Source: Candidatus Thorarchaeota archaeon (GTDB lineage Archaea; Asgardarchaeota; Thorarchaeia; Thorarchaeales; Thorarchaeaceae). Taken from it: 10,759 bases of DNA. Numbering within the stretch: the first letter of the stretch is position 1; the number at the start of each line of letters is the position of its first letter. Positions 5,822 to 10,759 of the stretch are shown here, one piece after another. The notes beneath the pieces are model-generated. The model had not been told where the DNA came from and ran no database searches. It saw nothing but the letters and a program-made list of their open reading frames with translations. A program made the translations under genes and the position numbers. Location of the stretch: the NCBI GenBank assembly GCA_016840855.1, contig JAEORO010000205.1, forward strand, positions 1-10,759, written 5' to 3'.

Positions 5822-7551
5822 ATCAAGGAAAAGTCCTCCATATCGACTTATCATCTCAGACTTCTGAAACAATGGAGAGGTACGATCTTTTTGAGAAATA
5901 CATAGGTGGTGTTGGAGTTGCTTCAAAACTGCTCCTTGATAACACTCCTCCCAACACAAATTACGAGGATGCCCCAATCATTTTTGCAACAGGTCCATTG
6001 AACATGTTTTACCCATGTTGCGCAAAGACTGTTGCACTTTTCAAATCCCCCCTGACTGACAATCTTGGAGAGAGTTATGCAGGTGGCAAACTAAGCATGG
6101 CAATGCGACTAGCTGGTCATGATGTTATTATGATTACTGGCAAACTCGAGAAACCTCATTACCTTCTAATTCAAGATGACAGCGTGGAATTTCGCAACGC
6201 CCACGCATTATGGGGATTGTCAACCAGAGCAACAGGACGAATACTAAAAGAAAAATCACCTGGGGAAGGAAAACGTTCCATACTCCGTATAGGAGTTGCT
6301 GGAGAAAATCAAGTACGATATGCAATGGTCGTGGTAGACACAATTCGTCATTTCGGTAGACTAGGTCTTGGTTGCGTTATGGGGGCAAAGAAGCTAAAGG
6401 GTCTTGTCATAACCGGAACTCGGAATTATAAAGTACCATCAGTCAAGAGCTATCGGACAGAGTATATGAAAATCCATGAACTGGTGATGCGTACTGGCCG
6501 AATGGATAAATACGACATTCTTGGAACATCTGTGAATATACTAACGCTCAATGAGATGCAGGCACTTCCTACGCGCAATTTCAGTTCCTTCACCTTTGAA
6601 GGTGCGGAAGGGATCTCTGGGGAACAATTTGCAGACAATGTTCTTGTGGGGAAGAGTGCTTGTGTTCCTTGCCCAATAGGATGTATCCATATTGCACAGC
6701 TTCGTGTCCAGTTCGATTCAAAACATCGAGATTATGGAACTATTTACGTTCCTTATGACTACGAACTAATCTACGCGTTTGGCTCAAATCTTGGTATTGG
6801 TGGAACCGAAGATGTTCTTCAGATGATAGAAAGAGCAGATGTCAGAGGACTTGATGCAATAAGTTCTGGTGTTGTATTAGGGTGGACAACTGAAGCATAC
6901 AACAAGGGTCTTGTTACAACCGAAGAACTTGATGGCCTAATCCCACGCTGGGGCGATACGAGTGTGTATCTGAAGATGCTAGACAATATCACAACTCATC
7001 CGAATGAGTTCTATCGTATTGCTGGTCTGGGTATACATGCTCTTGAGAAAAGATATGGAGGTAGTGAGTTCGCTGTCCACTTCGAAGGGAATGAAGCAAC
7101 AGGGTATCATACTGGACCAGCGAATATCGTAGGTCATATGGTTGGAATTCGTCATAGCCACTTAGACAATGCGGGCTATAGTATCGACCAAAAAACCTTG
7201 TCTAAACCCCTTACCAATGTTGAGGTAGGGAAGCTTCTTGCTGAAGAAGACACTTGGCGAACTGTTCTTAATTCATTGATCATTTGTTTATTTGCGAGAC
7301 CTGTTTTTACCCCAGATGTGGTCCTGAGTGCTCTGAAGATATTAGGTGAGGAACGAACTGTTGAGGAGTTGAATAGGATAGGAGAAGAAGTATTTCATCT
7401 TAAGGTGCAGTTCAAGTCTCAGGAAGGATTTAGTCTTGACACATTATCTCCTCCTGCTCGTTTATTAGAGAGACTGTCGCCCCACGGGAGAGTAGAGAAG
7501 AGTACAGTTGAAGAAATTATTAGTTCTTGGAGAAACTCACACGATTTATGA
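5818..7551 (+). CDS. Aldehyde:ferredoxin oxidoreductase family (tungstopterin) large subunit
   Basis: YIGGVGVA, IFATGPL, KSPLT..LGESYAGG, IGVAGEN, GRLGLGCVMGAKKLKG, LPTRNF, CVPCPIGC, DYE, GLDAISSG and the fourth cluster Cys in SLIICLF. GGAGG RBS. Confidence 0.95.
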   Translation: MNQGKVLHIDLSSQTSETMERYDLFEKYIGGVGVASKLLLDNTPPNTNYEDAPIIFATGPLNMFYPCCAKTVALFKSPLTDNLGESYAGGKLSMAMRLAGHDVIMITGKLEKPHYLLIQDDSVEFRNAHALWGLSTRATGRILKEKSPGEGKRSILRIGVAGENQVRYAMVVVDTIRHFGRLGLGCVMGAKKLKGLVITGTRNYKVPSVKSYRTEYMKIHELVMRTGRMDKYDILGTSVNILTLNEMQALPTRNFSSFTFEGAEGISGEQFADNVLVGKSACVPCPIGCIHIAQLRVQFDSKHRDYGTIYVPYDYELIYAFGSNLGIGGTEDVLQMIERADVRGLDAISSGVVLGWTTEAYNKGLVTTEELDGLIPRWGDTSVYLKMLDNITTHPNEFYRIAGLGIHALEKRYGGSEFAVHFEGNEATGYHTGPANIVGHMVGIRHSHLDNAGYSIDQKTLSKPLTNVEVGKLLAEEDTWRTVLNSLIICLFARPVFTPDVVLSALKILGEERTVEELNRIGEEVFHLKVQFKSQEGFSLDTLSPPARLLERLSPHGRVEKSTVEEIISSWRNSHDL

Positions 7552-7628
7552 GAATGATTCATAGACATGTTTCTCTTTTCAATCTTTAAACATAAGTAGC
7601 AGAAGAGTATTTGAAAAGCGTGTGAGGA

Positions 7629-8612
7629 TTGGAAAAAATGAATAAAGTAGGTGTACCAATGGAATTGGATAGCAGCACATCAACTATTGACATTGGATAT
7701 TTCCATGTTGCTGGCGCTAGTTCGATTTACCTGATCCAAGGAGAGAAATCCTGTATTATAGACACAGGAACAGCTGCTGAAGTACCTACATTATGCAAGG
7801 GACTCAGAGCTGCTAATGCCTATCCTCCTGATATCATTGCACTTACTCACTCTCATTTTGACCATTGCCAAGGTGTTCCAAAGCTCAGAGAGCTTGCCGC
7901 GAAAGAAGGGAAAGAGATAGACGTTGTAGCATCTGAAACTGGCGTCGAATTATTAGCTGACCAGTCCTACAACAGGGTATTTGACAAAAAGGGACGTTAC
8001 GAGGACATCCCTGATGTGAATCCGTTGAAGGAAGGAGATGTGATTGATCTGGGTGGTGAAACACTCAAGGTGATCAACACACCTGGTCATTCAGATGACC
8101 AGATTTCCTTTCTACATCAAGAAACAGGACGACTATACGTTGGAGACACATTGGGTTTACATTTGAGCGAAGAAAGCTATGTTCCACCATTTTTCCCTGC
8201 AAACTGGGACCTTGAGGCTTTCCGAGCAACAATCAAGAAGTTGAAACAAATTGATTTCAAGCAGATCTGTTTCGCCCATTTTGGACCTTTATCAGAAACG
8301 AAATCTCAAGAGTTTCTTGATTTTGCATTAGAACAGACCAATCTATGGTGGTCCCTCTTCGGACAGGCAGACGAAGCTGGGAAAGTCAGGGATTATGACT
8401 ATCTCCTAGAGAACATATTGAATGAATCAGGACTAGTATTTCCACGCCTTGAACTATTGAGTGCAAAACTAAGGATTGGATTGAAGCTATTGAACGGCGT
8501 CAGAAAAGTCAGAGGGAAGAGTTCTCTCTTGGCATCGCAAGTACTGATGCATGATTATATCATCCCTTGGTTGTCAAGGGGGTACAGGATTTACAAGGAA
8601 CACAAAACGTGA
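7629..8612 (+). CDS. Metallo-beta-lactamase fold hydrolase
   Basis: IIDTG, THSHFDH (HxHxDH), TPGHS, YVGD and FAHFG metal-ligand motifs. Start could instead be ATG 7638 or 7659. Confidence 0.9.
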   Translation: MEKMNKVGVPMELDSSTSTIDIGYFHVAGASSIYLIQGEKSCIIDTGTAAEVPTLCKGLRAANAYPPDIIALTHSHFDHCQGVPKLRELAAKEGKEIDVVASETGVELLADQSYNRVFDKKGRYEDIPDVNPLKEGDVIDLGGETLKVINTPGHSDDQISFLHQETGRLYVGDTLGLHLSEESYVPPFFPANWDLEAFRATIKKLKQIDFKQICFAHFGPLSETKSQEFLDFALEQTNLWWSLFGQADEAGKVRDYDYLLENILNESGLVFPRLELLSAKLRIGLKLLNGVRKVRGKSSLLASQVLMHDYIIPWLSRGYRIYKEHKT

Positions 8613-8649
8613 CACCGAATCTTGAATCACTAATGCGTAGAATAGACAA

Positions 8650-8683
8650 TTTATATATCGGACATCCTATATATCGGGTATCC
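8650..8683 (+). promoter_or_regulatory. TATA box overlapping a tandem 16-bp direct repeat (candidate operator)
   Basis: TTTATATA at 8650-8657. TATATATCGGACATCC (8652-8667) is followed directly by TATATATCGGGTATCC (8668-8683), 14/16 identical. Confidence 0.55.
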
Positions 8684-8749
8684 AATACTTAAGTGATTTG
8701 TATGATAGGTGGAAATGATTGCACCTCAACAGTAAATGACGAACTCAAG

Positions 8750-9301
8750 ATGAGCAATTTTTTCGATGTTGTCGAGAAACGAAGGAGTATTCGAAAATAC
8801 AAGGACATAGAGATTCCAGATGAGCATATCACTCGAATGCTTGAAGCAGCTCGGCTTGCCCCCTCAACGAACAACACTCAATCATGGCGGTATATAGTAG
8901 TGAAAGATCCTGATACAATACGTCTTCTTTCACTGGTCGCAGGTCGACAGAAGTTCATTGAAAATTCTAAAGCAGTGATTATAGCTACAGCTAATCGAGC
9001 AGCCTCATGTTGTCCCAACAATGCATCCATGTGGCATGTTCAAGACACAATGATCGCAACTGAACACCTAGTACTAGCAGCAACAGCTCTTGGCTATGGT
9101 TCATGTTGGGTAGCCATGTTAGATTCGAGGAACAGTCAGAATATAGCTGAAGTCAAACAAGCTCTTCGAATCCCGGAAACCGTTGATGTTGTTGCTCTGG
9201 TGACTCTTGGAGTACCAGATGAGATACCCTCTTCCAGATTCACAAAAGAGCTGAATGAGATTGCTTTCTCTGAAGCATATGGTTTCAGCTGGAATACATA
9301 G
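8750..9301 (+). CDS. Nitroreductase family protein
   Basis: RRSIRKY, LEAARLAPSTNNTQSWRYIVV, LAATALGYGSCWV. Likely start is ATG 8750 (MSNFFDVVEKRRS) rather than the track's GTG 8693. Ends in TAG. Confidence 0.92.
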   Translation: MSNFFDVVEKRRSIRKYKDIEIPDEHITRMLEAARLAPSTNNTQSWRYIVVKDPDTIRLLSLVAGRQKFIENSKAVIIATANRAASCCPNNASMWHVQDTMIATEHLVLAATALGYGSCWVAMLDSRNSQNIAEVKQALRIPETVDVVALVTLGVPDEIPSSRFTKELNEIAFSEAYGFSWNT

Positions 9302-9333
9302 GATTTCAAGTCCATGATAAAGAGTTGGAAAAA

Positions 9334-9861
9334 ATGAAAGCAGAGATCAAGGGAAACATTCTCAATCCCTTACCAGTTGCGCTTGTTGGAGCTTTAGTAA
9401 ATGGCAAGCCTAATTATCTCGTAATTGGATATATCTCACCCTTCAATTTTGGTAAACATGTCTTCTTTAGTCTGTTCAAAAAACGATATACGACTGTTGG
9501 GATACATGAGAACATGACCTTCAGTGTCAATATCCCCTCAATATCCCTTCTTCAGGAAACTAAACTGTGTGGAAGTAAATCCGGTCGCGATTATGACAAG
9601 ACTTCTCTTTTTGATACATTTTTTGGAGATTTGAAAACAGCTCCGATGATAAGAGAGTGCCCATTAAACATGGAATGTGAGGTCGAACAGATAATCGATT
9701 ATGATCTTAATGAAGGAATCATCGGGAAGGTTGTCAAATCATATGCTGATTCTAATACTGTCTTCGATGGAAAATTGGATATCAGAAAAGTGCAACCAAT
9801 AATATGGGCCACTTGTGGTGACTTCAACTACTACAATATTGGGGCTCGGGTCGATGAATGA
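9334..9861 (+). CDS. Flavin reductase-like (flavoredoxin-type, FMN split-barrel) protein
   Basis: PLPVALVG, GKPN, FSVNIPS, CGSKSGRDYDK, APMIRECPLNMECEV. Start is ATG 9334 or TTG 9325. Confidence 0.9.
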   Translation: MKAEIKGNILNPLPVALVGALVNGKPNYLVIGYISPFNFGKHVFFSLFKKRYTTVGIHENMTFSVNIPSISLLQETKLCGSKSGRDYDKTSLFDTFFGDLKTAPMIRECPLNMECEVEQIIDYDLNEGIIGKVVKSYADSNTVFDGKLDIRKVQPIIWATCGDFNYYNIGARVDE

Positions 9862-9973
9862 CGACACCAACTGGAACCTGTGGATAGTTAATTGAGATGG
9901 GGTTAATCGAGATTTTGTTGCTTCGACGCATCATCTTTTACTTTGGTTTTTAATTTTCAACGATTGTGATTGC

Positions 9974-10300
9974 ATGTGGAAAGTAAAGATAACAATCATC
10001 AAGACATTTAGTCCTGAAGATGTATTTGGTCATGAGCTCTTTCTACCATCAACCGGTCAAAAAATCAACAAATGCGGTTTGTTTAACGAAGGTGATGAGT
10101 TCATTATTGAAAGCGTGATGCAACAACCCGAGGGTTTCTGTGGTTGGGCATGGAGGGATATCTACAAGGACCTATCGGTATTATTCTTTGGTGGCGACTT
10201 TGCAATGGGTCCGGGGATTCAATATACATCCTGTTCAGACGGGAAAAAACCTGTCTGCTTCAAGCTTGAACGATTAGATAGTGAAAAAGTTAGTTCGTGA
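9974..10300 (+). CDS. TIGR04076-like small Cys-containing protein
   Basis: VKITII...C..F.EGDEF...PEGFCGWAW.DI...GG...SCSDG..PV.FKLERL matches my recollection of this family's pattern. Confidence 0.8.
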   Translation: MWKVKITIIKTFSPEDVFGHELFLPSTGQKINKCGLFNEGDEFIIESVMQQPEGFCGWAWRDIYKDLSVLFFGGDFAMGPGIQYTSCSDGKKPVCFKLERLDSEKVSS

Positions 10301-10517
10301 TATTATCCTCAAAACCACAATATGATACATGGTCGTCTTTTACACCATATTTAACCTTAAATCAAATTGTGGAACACGCTGTTCGAAATCTGTGTCATCC
10401 AGCACAGAAAGACTATGATGACAAGACAATCCATTTGGCAAGCCAGAATTTGATGAAATGCACTCTTACGAAAATATGAAATCGCAATTTATCCAAGATA
10501 TAGTTGGAGATTTCTGA

Positions 10518-10759
10518 ATGATGAGGGAGAAGCTTTATCGTCTGTTTGGTAAAGTAGTTGCAGTGATTGGAGCTATCATATTCTTTTTCAACATCTTACT
10601 CATTATTCATTTGCTTGGATTGAATCAAGGCGAATATCTCCCCCAATTTTCCGACTTAATCCCATCATTTTTGGTTGTCACAGCTCTTGGATTAAGTCTA
10701 GTTTGCATTGGAGCGGCAATCAGTAATCAGTTCATCGAAACTAAACCCATGGTTGCAAA
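10518..10759 (+). CDS. Hypothetical membrane protein, 3'-partial
   Basis: GGAG RBS then MMREKLYRLFGKVVAVIGAIIFFFNILLIIHLLG...LIPSFLVVTALGLSLVCIGAAIS..., two TM helices, open to the window end. Not in the ORF track. Confidence 0.65.
   Translation, partial: MMREKLYRLFGKVVAVIGAIIFFFNILLIIHLLGLNQGEYLPQFSDLIPSFLVVTALGLSLVCIGAAISNQFIETKPMVA

Noticed and set aside
1970-7161. Short overlapping ORFs (1970-2212, 2052-2243, 2383-2688, 2565-2768, 2679-2885, 3864-4052, 4353-4841, 4538-4735, 5300-5500, 5659-5841, 5726-5977, 6134-6343, 6450-6638, 6979-7161)
   Set aside because: They overlap well-supported genes in other frames or strands and have no protein-like motifs.
8689-8877. Minus-strand 62-aa ORF
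   Set aside because: Antisense to the nitroreductase gene.
10297-10479. 60-aa ORF overlapping the TIGR04076-like stop (GTGA)
   Set aside because: No RBS or motif and unremarkable composition. Not fully excluded, but unsupported.
1-10759. CRISPR array, rRNA, integrase or transposase
   Set aside because: I saw no regularly spaced repeats, rRNA-like sequence or recombinase motifs in the window.

Overview
Archaeal-looking chromosomal window: archaeal-type tRNA-Phe arms, TATA boxes, GGAG/GGTG ribosome-binding sites, several TTG starts and a tungsten-type AOR family gene. An Asgard/Thorarchaeia-like source is only my impression and cannot be verified here. The left end (1-~1710) is an AT-rich segment carrying a large PD-(D/E)XK/NERD-like nuclease ORF on the minus strand that the ORF track misses because it runs off the edge. 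This segment begins exactly where a promoter-bearing tRNA-Phe(GAA) gene stops after its anticodon arm (1756->1713), so it looks like the boundary of an element integrated in, or interrupting, tRNA-Phe. Next is a minus-strand run of TPR protein, SAM methyltransferase, membrane protein and peroxiredoxin. The TPR and methyltransferase ORFs are in frame, separated only by one TAG and 20 open codons. A divergent plus-strand redox block follows: corrinoid protein, an uncalled 54-aa ORF, 4x[4Fe-4S] subunit plus AOR-family large subunit, MBL-fold hydrolase, nitroreductase, flavin reductase, TIGR04076-like protein and a partial membrane protein. The main leads are the 5'-half tRNA/nuclease junction and hints of amber (TAG) readthrough at both TAG stops in the window.
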